64,000 nucleotides of DNA from Mobula hypostoma (lineage: Eukaryota). Where the stretch lies: positions 5,456,001 to 5,520,000 of the forward strand of contig NC_086097.1 in assembly GCF_963921235.1 (NCBI RefSeq). The letters run 5' to 3'. Of the stretch, positions 25,361-37,115 are shown piece by piece; position 1 is the stretch's first letter; each line of letters begins with the position of its first letter. The notes beneath the pieces were generated by a model. The model was not told the DNA's origin and ran no database searches. It worked only from the letters and a program-made list of their open reading frames with translations. Both the position numbers and the translations under genes were made by a program.

Positions 25361-26755
25361 AGGGCAACACCTAAACAAATATGACCTTCATGGAAGAGTC
25401 ATCAGAAGAAAACCTTTCCTGCGTCCTCACCACAAGATTCAGCATCAGATGTTTGCAAAGGAACATCTAAACAAGCCTGATGCATTTTGGAAACAAATCC
25501 TGTGGACTGATGAAGTTAAACTGGAATTTTTTCGCAACAATGAGCAAAGTTACTTTTGGAGAAAAAAGCGTACAGAAATTCATGAAAAGAACACCTCTTC
25601 AACTGTTAAGCACGGGGTTGGATCGATCATGCTTTGGGCTTTTGTTGCAGCCAGTGGCACGGGGAACATTTCACTGGTAGAGGGAAGAATAAATACATTT
25701 AAATACCAGCAAATTCTGGAAGCAAACATCACACCGTCTGGAAAAAAGCTGAAGATGAAAAGAGGATGGCTTCTACAACAGGATAATGATCCTAAACGCA
25801 CCTCAAAATCCACAATGGACTACCTCAAGAGGTGCAAGCTGAAGATTTTGCAATGGCCCTCACAGTCCCCCAACCTAATCCTAATCGAAAATCTGTTGAT
25901 AGACCTCAAATGAGCAGTGCATGCAAGAAGGCCCAAGAATCTCACAGAACTTAAAGCCTTTTGCAAGGAATAATGGACGAAAATCCCCCAAACAAGAATT
26001 GAAAGATTCTTAGCTGGCTACACGAAGGATTTACAAGCTTTGATACTTGCCAAAGGAGGTGTTACTAAGTACTGAACATGCCCGGTGCCCAAACTTTTGC
26101 TCAGGACCTTTTCCTTTTTTGTTATTTTGAAACTGTAAAAGATGGAAATAAAAAAGTAATCTTGCTTAAAATATTAAAGAAATTAGTCATCTTTAACTTT
26201 ATGCCTTTTGGAAATCAGGTCATCTTTTACTTGCTTAGCTATTCACAGTAACAGAAATTTTGACTGCGGTGCCCAAACTTTTGCATGCCACTGCAAATAA
26301 GCAATAAACATTGAGAACATTTGAAAGTAAGTTCATAGTTTGTGGGAACATTTGAAACTTAGGATGAGTGAAGTTATCAAGAGCTTGATGGTTGAGGTGG
26401 AATAACTCTTTGTGAACCTGGTAGTGGGGGTCCTGAGGCTCCTCTACCTTCTTCCTCATGGCAGCAGCAAGAAGAGAGCATGTCCTGGATGGTGGGTGGG
26501 TGGAAATGTACTTAGGCTGGTGTTAAATCTGTGGGTTAGGGTTAGGGTTAGGGTTAATTATCTCGAAATAATTAAATAGGCAGTTTGAATAATTCAGTGC
26601 ATGTTTATAGGCCTAAAACACAACAACACTGTTTTTGTAATGTGTAAGATATTAATCATATATAGTAATAAATTATTTGGAAAATCTATGAAACTTATAA
26701 ATTGGATGTTTTTGTTATAAATCAAGTTTGATGACTTTTTTTTTCCCCTCTGTAG

Positions 26756-26944
26756 GTGATACATAAGGCTGGGCTGGAAGTAAATGAGGAAGGAATAAAT
26801 TCGGCTGCATTTAGAAACGACGAATTAATCCAAAATTCTCTTCCTATTGAGTTTAAAACTAACAGACCTTTCTTGTTACTAATTGCTGATAACAATATCA
26901 GGAGTGTCGTGTTTGCTGGGAGAGTGATGAACCCCAACATTTGA
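26756..26944 (+). CDS. Clade A serpin, last coding exon (hinge, reactive-centre loop, serpin signature)
   Basis: Polypyrimidine tract plus TGTAG| at 26755; VIHKAGLEVNEEGINSAAFRNDELIQNSLPIEFKTNRPFLLLIADNNIRSVVFAGRVMNPNI*. Spliced CDS is 619+271+145+189 = 1224 nt, or 407 aa plus stop. Confidence 0.96.
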   Translation: MIHKAGLEVNEEGINSAAFRNDELIQNSLPIEFKTNRPFLLLIADNNIRSVVFAGRVMNPNI

Positions 26945-27217
26945 TCACAGAGTCCACACCATCACAAAACTTGGGCATCTCCAGATGGAAAACAATGCAA
27001 TTACTTCTAACACTTAAACTTGTAACATTTAAATATTGGGAGCTGGCTAACATAATTTAGGTTTGCTTTATAATAGGTTAACATGTCAGGCATTGATTGA
27101 GGAGATTTCAATTCAAAGTAAACCCTTCAACAATATCCACATTAACAAAATATTTCAAATATAGACTTGATTGTTATGATTTGCTTAATACATATTTGAT
27201 TGAATAACGTGATTTAT

Positions 27218-27270
27218 ATTAAAGTAGAAATTGCACCTGATCTTTACTAGTAGAGTTTGTTATTGGTTTT
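27218..27270 (+). terminator. Candidate polyadenylation signal of the serpin mRNA
   Basis: ATTAAA at 27218-27223 followed by a GT/T-rich stretch at ~27250-27270. An alternative AATAAA lies at 27390-27395, at a repeat edge. Confidence 0.45.
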
Positions 27271-28744
27271 ACTTCAAAGTTCTTCTTCAACTTTCTCTTG
27301 TAGACATGTATTTCAAGAAAAATAGTCATAGGAAGATTTCCAAACTGTATAAATGATCTATTTATCCTCAGGCACTCAGTAAAAAATGCAATAAACATGA
27401 GAGATTCTACAGATATTCGGAACCTTGAGCAACATGCACAAAACACACAAAATGCTGGAGAAACTTAGCAGGTCAGGCAGCGTCTATGAAATGAATAAAC
27501 AAATGTATATCTCAGGCCCAGGCGAAGCCAAGTGGCTGGGAAAGGTAAAAAGGAATCTGAAAGGAGAGGAGAATGGACCATGGGAGAAAGGGAAGGAGGA
27601 GGGTCACCAGGGAGAGATGAAGACAGGTGAGAAGAAATAAGAGGCCAGAGATGGGAAAAGAAGAGAGAAGGGTTTTTTTTACTGGAAAAAAAAATTTTCA
27701 TGCCATCAGGTTGGGGGCTACACAAGTCAAGTCAGGTCAAGTCCATTGTCATTTAATTATATATCTATATATAAAGTATATTACCATGCAATATACAGTA
27801 TATAACAATGAGACAGTTCTTCAAACCAGGTTAGTACACATAACAGGGTAACATGAATATAAGGATAAAATCTACAGATGAATCACACATAAATAACAAA
27901 TTGAAGTGCATTATTATTAAATATTGTAAGGTACGGAACAGATTAACCAGTGACTCAGAATATGATGTGACAAGGAATTCAGAGGCCTAACAGCCTGGGG
28001 GAAGAAATTGATTCTCATTCAGACCCAGAGGAACATGAGGTATTGCTCCTCCATTCTGAGAGCAGCCTCATCACAAGGTGAAAGAAGAGGACATGGATCG
28101 ACCTATCAGAGTGAGAATGGGGATTGGAATTAAAATGGTCTCACTATTGCAGATGAGTCATGCAGTGGCTGATGAAAGGAGAAAGGTTATCACATTTTTG
28201 TTGAAAATGCAAGATGTGGTGAATCTGGAGGAGCAGACTATCTGTTGGAGGAACTCAGTGGGAAACTCTGGCAGATCTTTTGTATAATTTAGCCAAAGAG
28301 TGGTGAATCTGTGGAATTCTTTGCCACAGACAGCTGTGGAGGCCAAGTCTTTATGTATATCAATAGATTCTTTATTGGTCAGAGAATGAAGATTTCTGAG
28401 GGTAAATGTATCAGCCCTGATCAAATGGCAGAGTAGACTCAATGGGCCAAATGGCTTAACTCTTCTCCTATACATGATGGTTTTATGGTTCCAAGGAATA
28501 AAGTCCTAACATATTCAATCTTTCCTTATAACTCAGGTCTTCCAGTCCCAGCAACATCTTTGTAAACTTTCTCTGTACTCTTTCAACCTTTTTTTTTAAA
28601 CAAAATTACAAAGCCACACCACCCCCATTGCCTACCCACATGTTATTTCGATACAGTGTGTATCCTTGGACACTATTGCTGAAACAATTCAACCCACAAC
28701 ATCATATATGCCGATCTGTAACTGTGCTACAAGTTCATCTACCT

Positions 28745-29959
28745 CAGGGGTCCCCAACCTTCTTTGCACTGCGGACCAGTTTAATATTGACAATATTCTT
28801 GCTGTCCGGCCGACTGGTGGGGTGGGGGGGGGGTGGGGGTAGGGTTGCCAACGGACAAGAATAGCAGTCAAATACGTTGTGTTTACCCCAAGAAAGACTA
28901 CAATGACCATGAAGCCTTGCGCGGGCACCAGTGCACATGCGTGACCTGTGCGTGAGTGTACCTGCCGATTTTTTTCCCTGCAAATCATTTTTGGCGATTC
29001 TGTCCAGGGGGCGGGGGGGAGGGTGTTAATCGCGACCGGAATATTGGTGATAAGTGGCTAATACACTCAATTTCGTCTCTGAAAGGGTTATCTAACGAAT
29101 TTAATATGAAACATACAGCGCATATTTTCCTCTCATGTATATAGTGATAAGTCAATTATCAGGGGAGCTTGAAGTAAGTGTTGAACGAACTTCCAGTAGA
29201 AGTGGCAGAAGCAGGTTCGATATTATCATTTAAAGAAAAATTGGATAGGTATATGGACAGGAAAGGAATGGTGGTTTATGGGCTCAGTGCAGGTCGGTGG
29301 GACTAGGTGAGAGTAGCGTTCGGCACGGACTAGGGGGGCCGAGATGGCCTGTTTCTGAGCTGTAGTTGTTAAATGGTTATATAAGTCACTTATAAGTCAA
29401 TAGCATCATAACATTTTAAGTAACATTTGGATATTAAAGACACAGCTCATATTTTCTCCGTATGAACATATAAAATCATTGCAACACACCAATACCGCTG
29501 AATCAGTGGGAGCCCTGGGCTTGTTTTCCTGCAAGAAGACAGTCCCATCAAAGGGTGGTGGGAGACAGCGATACTCGAATGGGGTTCCTTATGTCCAGTC
29601 TATTCCGCAATTTAGTTTTCATTGCATTCATTGCAGAGATATGTTGGAAATGGAAGCAACGTTTTCAGTGCTTTCGTGGCTAACTCAGGATATTTAGCCT
29701 TGACTTTGATCCAGAATGCTGGCAGAGATGTAATGTCAAACATACTTTTCAGCCAGCCGTCATTTGCAAGCTCGAAGAGTTGATCTCCTTCCCGCGCTGA
29801 CATGGGTGACGCGCGGGTAATGACCTCACATGCGTTCAAGCTCCACAGTGGGCATGACAGGGAATGAGGAAAAGTGCAGCTGACTCGTATCGCCAAATCA
29901 TATAGTTTCCTCGCGGTCCGGTAGCATATGCTTTGCGGCCCGGTGGTTGGGGACCGCTG
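28745..29959 (-). mobile_element. Non-autonomous composite hAT element, copy 2
   Basis: TIRs CAGGGGTCCCCAACC / GGTTGGGGACCGCTG; perfect TSD ATCTACCT (28737-28744, 29960-29967); transposase remnant in ORF 29612..29896(-). Confidence 0.92.
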
Positions 29960-30369
29960 ATCTACCTTATTCCATATACTGTGCGCAAAGGTAACATCTT
30001 CTGTTCTGTATTCACCCTTTTTGATTTTGTCTGCATGATGCTAAACTCAAGTTTCTATGAATGATGGAGCATGACAAATCAAAGAGTAATTTGAAAGTTA
30101 CAGCCTATGCCATTCTGACACAAAAGTGCTAGCATGTTCTCACACTAAAATCATCTGTATCGGCATCATTTTCCGGACAAAATCTAGCTGATTGTGTTTA
30201 TATCTAAAATGGTGAAGCCAAACATTTTTGGAGTGCGGTTAGAAATATATGCACAGTGGGCTATGGAAATAGAATTGAAATATACTTTTTCAATTGATGC
30301 TGGAAGAACTGATTATAGAATTTATGAGGAGGAAACCAAAGGTCCATCAACCAGATCTCCTCGGAGGAT

Positions 30370-30765
30370 CAGAGATGGAGAGGGTCAGCAACTTTACATT
30401 CCTCGTTGCTATAATTTTGAAGGACCTGTCCTGGCCCAACACGTACATGTAGTTACAAAGAAAACATGGCAATGCCTCTACTTCGTTAGGAGTTTTTGGA
30501 AAGTTGGCATGACATCTAAAACTTTGACAAAGTTCTATAGATGTGCGGTGGAGAGTATATTGACTGGCAGCATCACAGCCTGGTATGGAAACAGCAATGC
30601 CCTTGCACAGAAAATCCTACAAGAAGTAGTGGATGCGGCCCAGTCCATCATGGGCATAACCCTCCCACAATTGAGCACATCCACATGAAACGCTGTTGCA
30701 GGAAAGCAACATCAATCATCACCGTCCCCCACCACCCAAGACATGCTCTCTTCTCTAGCTTCCAA
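30370..30765 (+). mobile_element. Rex1/Babar-type LINE fragment
   Basis: VTKKTWQCLYFVRS...KTLTKFYRCAVESILTGSITAWYGN...LQEVVDAAQSIMG. Confidence 0.75.
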
Positions 30766-31009
30766 TAAACCCCTCGTTCACCTTCCTCCTTCTAGTTCAC
30801 CATCTCTTTGTCTTCATTCTATAGTCCTCTGGTCTTTCTTACAAGATTCCTTCTTCATCAGCGTTTTGCTTTTGCTGCGATACACCTCTCAGTTTCTCAC
30901 ATTCTTCCTTTTTGCCTCCTCACCCTCCTGCCTTCCTCTCACTTGGATTGATCTATCACATGCCAATTCCTGCTCCTCCTCCCAAACACCACCTTTTGAT
31001 TTATGTATC

Positions 31010-31320
31010 TATCTATCTATCTATTTATTTAGCAACACATTTTGGAACAGGCCCTTCTGGCCCAATGAACTGCACCACACAGCAACCCAGTGATTTAACG
31101 CAAGTCTAATGAGGGGACAATTTACAATGACCAATTAACCTGCTAACCAGCATGTCCTTAGATTCTGGGAGGAAACCAGAGCATCTGGAGGAAACACATG
31201 CGGTTACAGGGAAGATGTACAAACTCCTTACATACGGCGCTGGAGTTGAACTCCAAACTCCAACAGCCCAAGCTGTAATAGCGTCACCCCAACCGCTGTG
31301 CTGCCATGGCCCCCCACTTT
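31010..31320 (-). mobile_element. V-domain SINE
   Basis: Reverse-complement core GGAGGAAACCAGAGCATCTGGAGGAAACACATGCGG; tail of TATC/TATT repeats. Confidence 0.7.
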
Positions 31321-32031
31321 GGCTTCCATTCCTGTCCTGGTGGTTTCAGCTTCAAACATCAACAGCCCATTTCACTTTGTAGGTGTTGCCTGACTCGTTG
31401 AGTTCCTCCAACGTTTGATGTGTACTGAAATATTAAAATAAATAGAAGTACTTGCAGAGATTATTAAGTGTTTGATTTAACTGAAAACTAACAAAGGTTA
31501 TTTTATTAAGGAAGAGACCATTCTTGGGTGTATTTGAAACTATTGGATAGTTTGTTAATAAAAGCAGATAATTTATTGATTGTTTGATTTGACTCCTAGT
31601 GGCTAAGAAGAAAGGATGTCGTATGGGGTGTCATGGTAGAGTGACGCTATCACAGCTCAGGGGCGTCAGAGTTCAGTTTATTTCTGGTGTCCTCTGTAAA
31701 CTAGTTTGTATGTTCTTCCCATTTGTGCATGGGTTTTCTCTGGGTGCTCCTGTTTCCTCTCACAGTCCAAAGACATATCAATTAGTAAGTTAATTAGTCA
31801 CTGTGAATTGTCCTGTGATTAGACTAGGGTTAAGTCAGTGCAGCTAGTTGGCTGGAAGGGTCTATTCTGTGCTGTAATCTCTAAATAAATCAATAAATAA
31901 GAAAAGAGTACGTTCAATAGCAGCAAAATGTCTGTATGGAGTTTGTATGTTCTTGTCATGTGTGCATGGGTTTCCTCCAGGTGATCCAGTTTCATCCCAC
32001 GTTCCAAAGATGTACCAGTTAGAAGGCTAAT

Positions 32032-33517
32032 TGTCATGGTCCGGATTGGGGTCCCTTTAAATTTACCTTGTTTATGTTACGATCCAGACCGTTGATTCCT
32101 TGTTTTACCGTGTCCCTCGACTTTGGTGATTAGAGGCAATTAACACTCGTCTGAATCGATAGTTTATAGTCTCCGGCTTTCAGCCGTTCGGTGCGGGAGC
32201 GTCTGCAAAGTCACGGCGTGCCAATGTCATCTGGCTGAAGCAAGCCTTGTCTCCGCCCGAAGCGAGTGTCGGTAATTCGCCTTTCCTCACCGGAGCAACC
32301 CTGTCCAGTTACCTCGCCGAAGCCAGTCTGCAAAGTTTCCTCATTAAGGTGGGTCCGTCAGTTAACTCGCCGGAAAGAATCAAGAGCCGCTGTCTACTGT
32401 TCCCGGGCCGAATCGAGAGCTTGGCACTACCCGGAGGCTCCAAGCACCACGTCCTGGCTTCAGCGGCCTCCAAGTACCACATCCACGTCATGGCCCCGGC
32501 GGCGTCCAAGTACCACGTCCACGTCATGGCCCCGGCGGCGTCCAAGTACCACGTCCACGTCATGGCCCCGGCGGCGTCCAAGTACCACATCCAAGTCCTG
32601 GCCCCAGAGGCATCCAAGTACCACATCCAAGTCCTGGCCCCAGAAGCGTCCAAGTCCTGGCCCTGGCGGCATTCGAGTACCATGTCAAGTCCTGGCCCTG
32701 GTGGCTTCCAGTTCTGAGTCTAGTCCTGGCCCTGGCGGTCTGTGATTCCTGTCCTACCCCCTTGTCTGAATCCCTTCTCTGCCCCTCTCGCCTCTAGCAG
32801 CCCCCGCCTGCACTTCGGTTGGGTTTCATCACCAGAGCTAGATAGGTACTGTCTGGTGTTCATTCGTGTTGGTCTTGTCTTGTCTTGTCCTTGCCTCCGT
32901 GGGGTAAGTCAGGCCGTCTTGTCATTGCCCCGCGGGGGTTCATATCTTGTCATGTCTTGTCCTCGCCTCCGTGGGGTGAGTCAGGCCGTCTTGCCGTTGC
33001 CCCGCGGAAGGTCGTGAGTCGCGGCCCTATGTCCTGTACCCAAGGAGGGGTCCCGACTCTCTGTTCTGTGTGCGAGTTCCAGCCCTATGTCCTGTACCCA
33101 AGGAGGGGTCCCGACTCTGTGTTCTGTGTATGTGTCCATGGTTCCATGTACCTGCTCTCCCAAGACCGAGGCTCTGTGTTCCCATGTTGCTCCTCTCCCT
33201 AGCCCATGTCTTGTCCATGCCTGGTTCTGGGGTCAGAGTCCGAGGCAAGACCCAGGTACTGGGTCCTTGCCCAGTCTCGGGCTCGGAGTCCATACCCTAG
33301 CCTCTTCATGTCTCCTCTAGTTCTGGGAGCTGATTCAGAGTCCAAGCCCAGACCCTTGTTCCCAGCCAACTCGTAGTCCTGAGTCCTTATCCTGTTCGCT
33401 ACTCCTGCTTCTGTCTTGCTCTCCTGGTATCGTACAATAAACTAAACCTAAGTAACCTCACAAGATGTGTCTTGCATTTGGGTCCACCCTTGCTCCCAAT
33501 GTCCCATCGTTGTGACA
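32032..33517 (+). mobile_element. Solo LTR (1486 bp), probably Gypsy or BEL type
   Basis: TGTCA...TGACA termini; 5-bp TSD CTAAT (32027-32031, 33518-33522); AATAAA at 33436; no internal gag/pol. Confidence 0.85.
32439..32700 (+). repeat. 36-bp GC-rich minisatellite within the LTR
   Basis: About 6 units of TCCAAGTACCACGTCCACGTCATGGCCCCGGCGGCG, degenerating at the 3' end. Further duplications at ~32882-33007 (period ~73) and ~33023-33129 (period ~59). Confidence 0.9.
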
Positions 33518-33620
33518 CTAATTGGTCATTGTAAATTGTCCTGTGATTAGTCTCAGGCTGAATAGATGGGTTGCTGGGCAGTGCAGCTCATTGAGTTGAC
33601 AGGGCTTGCTTTGCACTCTA

Positions 33621-34244
33621 TGAGAGGTGATTGGTAAGTTCGTGGCCTAGGGTAGAAGGAGTCAGTTTTAGAAAACCTTGCACATTTATTTTTCCTACAT
33701 TTACACAGTTAATCCAGCGATCGTGGAGCATGCGGATCCCTTCTTTGTAGAAGTTGGCGTCTTGGACCTCCAGAAGTGGTCCTCAGCAGGGGTGATTGAT
33801 AATTTTGTGGCCTAAGGTAGAAGGAGATGAGTTATTAACTTCAAACTTTCTGCATTTTCACTCAAAGCATTGAACTGCACGTGCCTGTAACGAGAGCTGT
33901 ATAACTCATCTCTTTCTGTCTTAGGCCACAAACTTATCAATCACCCCCGCTGTGGACCACCTGCAGGTCCAAGAGGCTCTTGTTACATGCACGTGCCGTT
34001 CAACTCTGTGAGTGATAATGCAGAAAGTTGTGAGATTAATAACTCATCTCCTTCTACCTGAGGCCACAGACTTATCAATCGCCCCTGCTGTGGACCACTT
34101 CTACAAAGAAGGGATCCGTATGCTCCACGACCATTGAACTAAGTGTGTACATGTAGCAGGGGACTATGTTGAAAAAGAAATGTGCTAGGTCTTCTAAGAT
34201 TGACTCCTTCTACCTTATGCCACGAACTTATCAATGAACCCTCG
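33621..34244. mobile_element. Foldback Tc1/mariner-type MITE
   Basis: TA TSD (33619-33620, 34245-34246); ends TGAGAGGTGATTGGTAAGTTCGTGGCCT / ...GCCACGAACTTATCAATGAACCCTCG; long inverted arms; no ORF. Confidence 0.85.
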
Positions 34245-34638
34245 TATCTCTAAATAAGCAAATAAGAAAATAAATAGATAAATATATTTGTTTCTAAGTA
34301 AGTCATTTTAACGTATAAGCCAATCCAATTTTAGAAAGTAAGTAGACTCAGATCTGTCTCGGACCTGGAACAGTCAGATGAAGGTGGCATTATACGGAGA
34401 GGAATGAGTGCCATCATGTCACTCTGTCTGAGGTTGACTTTGATACAAAGAACATTGAAACTTCAACAGCGACCAAAGATTAAATTCCTCTGCACAGTAC
34501 TTACCCTCTTTGACTCCAGGATTTGGTCTTGTCAGACACTAAGATGGATGTATGAGAATAGTTAAAGGCGATTCTTTCATCCACAATATTGCAGAAGTTC
34601 CTTAGAGTCTTCAACCTAAGCAATGTCAGTCAGATTGA

Positions 34639-35459
34639 AGCAACACACATCAAAGTTGCTGGTGAACGCAGCAGGCCAGGCAGCATCTCTAGGAAGAGGT
34701 ACAGTCGATGTTTCAGGCCGAGACCCTTCGTCAGATCTAACTGAAGGAAGAGTTAGTCAGAGATTTGAAAGTGGGAGGGGGAGGGGGAGATCCAAAATGA
34801 TAGGAGAAGACAGGAGGGGGAGGGATAGAGCCAAAAGAAAGCAGGATCTCCCAGTGGCCACACATTTTAATTCCACATCCCATTCCCATTCTGACATGTT
34901 TATCCACGGCCTCCTCTACTGTAAAGATGAAGCCACACTCAGGTTGGAGGAACAACACCTCATATTCCGTCTGGGTAGCCTCCAACCTGATGGCATGAAC
35001 ATTGACTTCTCTAACTTCCGCTAAGGCCCCACCTCCCCCTCGTACCCCATCTGTTACTCATTTTTATGCACACATTCTTTCTCTCACTCTCCTTTTTCTC
35101 CCTCTGTCCCTCTGAATATACCTCTTGCCCATCCTCTGGGTCACCCCCCCCCCGTTGTCTTTCTTCCCGGACCTCCTGTCTCATGATCTTCTCACATCCC
35201 TTTTGCCAATCACCTGTCCAGCTCTTGGCTCCATCCCACCCCCTCCTGTCTTCTTCTATCATTTTGGATCTCCCCCTCCCCCTCCCACTTTCAAATCTCT
35301 TACTCACTCTTCCTTCAGTTAGTCCTGACGAAGGGTCTCGGCCTGAAACATCGACTGTACCTCTTCCTAGAGATGCTGCCTGGCCTGCTGCGTTCACCAG
35401 CAACGTTGATGTGTGTTGCTTGAATTTCCAGCATCTGCAGAATTCCTGTTGTTTTTGTT
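34639..35459 (+). mobile_element. PLE insertion with inverted 5' pseudo-LTR (hammerheads at 34703-34738 on - and 35321-35356 on +)
   Basis: Minus-strand pLTR (34639-~34833) fused to a + strand GIY-YIG C-terminus (QDLPVATHFNSTSHS...QPDGMNIDFSNFR) and pLTR; 13-bp TSD TCAGTCAGATTGA (34626-34638, 35460-35472). Confidence 0.88.
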
Positions 35460-35543
35460 TCAGTCAGATTGATTCCAACTTTACCTTGCAGTTTGCAGAT
35501 AAAGCACATCTTCATTCAAATAGAAGTTAATGATAACAAGTTG

Positions 35544-37115
35544 GAGTTGTCAAAATACATTAGGACAGATAAGTCCCCGGGGCCTGACGGAATATTCCCC
35601 AGGCTGCTCAACGAGGCGAGGGAAGAGATTGCTGAGCCTCTGGCTAGGATCTTTATGTCATCGTTGTCCACGGGAACGGTACCAGAGGATTGGAGGGAAC
35701 CAAATGTTGTCCTTTTGTTCAAAAAGGATAGTAGGGATAGTCCGGGTAATTATAGACCAGTGAGCCTGATGTCTGTGGTGGGAAAGCTGTTGGAAAAGAT
35801 TTTAAGAGATAGGATCTCTGGGCATTCAGAGAATCATGGTCTGATCAGGGACAGTCAGCATGCCTTTGTGAAGGGCAGATCCTGTCTAACAAGCCTGATA
35901 GAGTTCTTTGAGGAGGTGACCAGCCATATAGATGAGGGTAGTGCAGTGGATGTGATCTATATGGATTTTAGTGAGACATTTGACAAGGTTCCACACGGTA
36001 GGCTTATTCAGAAAGTCAGAAGGCATGGGATCCAGGGAAGTTTGGCCAGGTGGATTCAGAATTGGCTTGCCTGCAGAAGGCAGAGGGCCGTGGTGGAGCG
36101 AGTACATTCAGATTGGAGGATTGTGACTAGTGGTGTCCCACAAGGATCCGTTCTGGGCCCTTTACTTTTCGTGATTTTTATTAACGATCTGGATGTGGGG
36201 GTAGAAGGGTGGGTTGGCAAGTTTGCAGACGACACATAGGTTGGTGGTGTTGTAGATAGTGTAGAGGATTGTCAAAGATTGCACAGAGACATTGATAGGA
36301 TGCAGGAGTGGGCTGAGAAGTAGCAGATGGAGTTCAACCCGGAGAAGTGTGAGGTGGTACACTTTGGAAGGACAAACTCCAAGGCAGAGTACAAGGTAAC
36401 TGGCAGGATACTTGGTAGTGTGGAGGAGCAGAGGGATCTGGGGGTACATGTCCACAGATCCCTGAAAGTTGCCTCACAGGTGGATAGGGTAGCTAAGAAA
36501 GCTTATGGGGTGTTAGCTTTTATAAGTCGAGGGATAGAGTTTAAGAGTCGCGATGTAATGATGCAGCTCTATAAAACTCTGCTTAGGCCGCATTTGGAGT
36601 ACTGTATCCATTTCTGGTCACCTCACTATGGGAAGGATGTGGAAGCATTGGAAAGGGTACAGAGAAGATTTGCCAGGATGCTGCGTGGTTTACAGAGTAT
36701 GCATTATATCAGAGATTAAGGGAGCTAGGGCTTTACTCTTTGGAGAGAAGTTGGATGAGAGGAGACATGATAGAGGTGTACAAGATAATAAGAGGAATAA
36801 ATAGAGTGGATAGCCAGCGCCTCTTCCCCAGGGCACCACTGCTCAATACAAGAGGACATGGTTTTAAGGTAAGGGGTGGGAAGTTCAAGGGAGATATTAG
36901 AGGAAGGTTTTTTACTCAGAGAGTGGTTCGTGCGTGGAATGCACTGCCTGAGTCAGTGGTGGAGACAGATACACGAGTGAAGTTTAACAGACTACTAGAC
37001 AGGTATATGGAGGAATTTAAGTTGGGTGCTTATATGGGGGGCAGGGTTTGAGGGTGGGCACAACATTGTGGGCTGAAGGGCCTGTACTGTGTTGTATTAT
37101 TCTACGTTCTATGTT
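35544..37115 (+). mobile_element. Young 5'-truncated CR1 LINE (RT domain to 3' tail)
   Basis: [38 protein letters not shown] and KFADDT; few disablements; flanked by an 89-bp duplication. Confidence 0.93.

Larger units (their letters stand above)
23934..26293 (+). mobile_element. Tc1-family DNA transposon (IR/DR type, DD34E), disrupted
   Basis: TA at 23932-23933; TIRs of ~200 bp starting CAGTGGCATGCAAAAGTTTG; transposase from ATG 24311 to ~26075 with GRPRKIS, WTDE, KHGVGSIMLW, QQDNDPK and SPNLILIE (34 residues between D and E); internal stops and two insertions. Confidence 0.92.
31620..34280 (+). mobile_element. Two tandem V-domain SINEs; the second (from ~31925) is split by a solo LTR and a MITE
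   Basis: The SINE sequence reads continuously across both insertions (...GGCTAAT|TGGTCATTGTAAATTGTCC...GCACTCTA|TCTCTAAATAA). Confidence 0.7.

Noticed and set aside
26533..26556. Interstitial telomere (TTAGGG) tract
   Set aside because: Only about 4 units; too short to imply a fusion or healing event.
32247..32745. Repetitive ORFs as a real protein, or the repeat as a CRISPR array
   Set aside because: They are translations of a 36-bp tandem repeat inside a solo LTR; units are contiguous with no unique spacers, and the context is eukaryotic.
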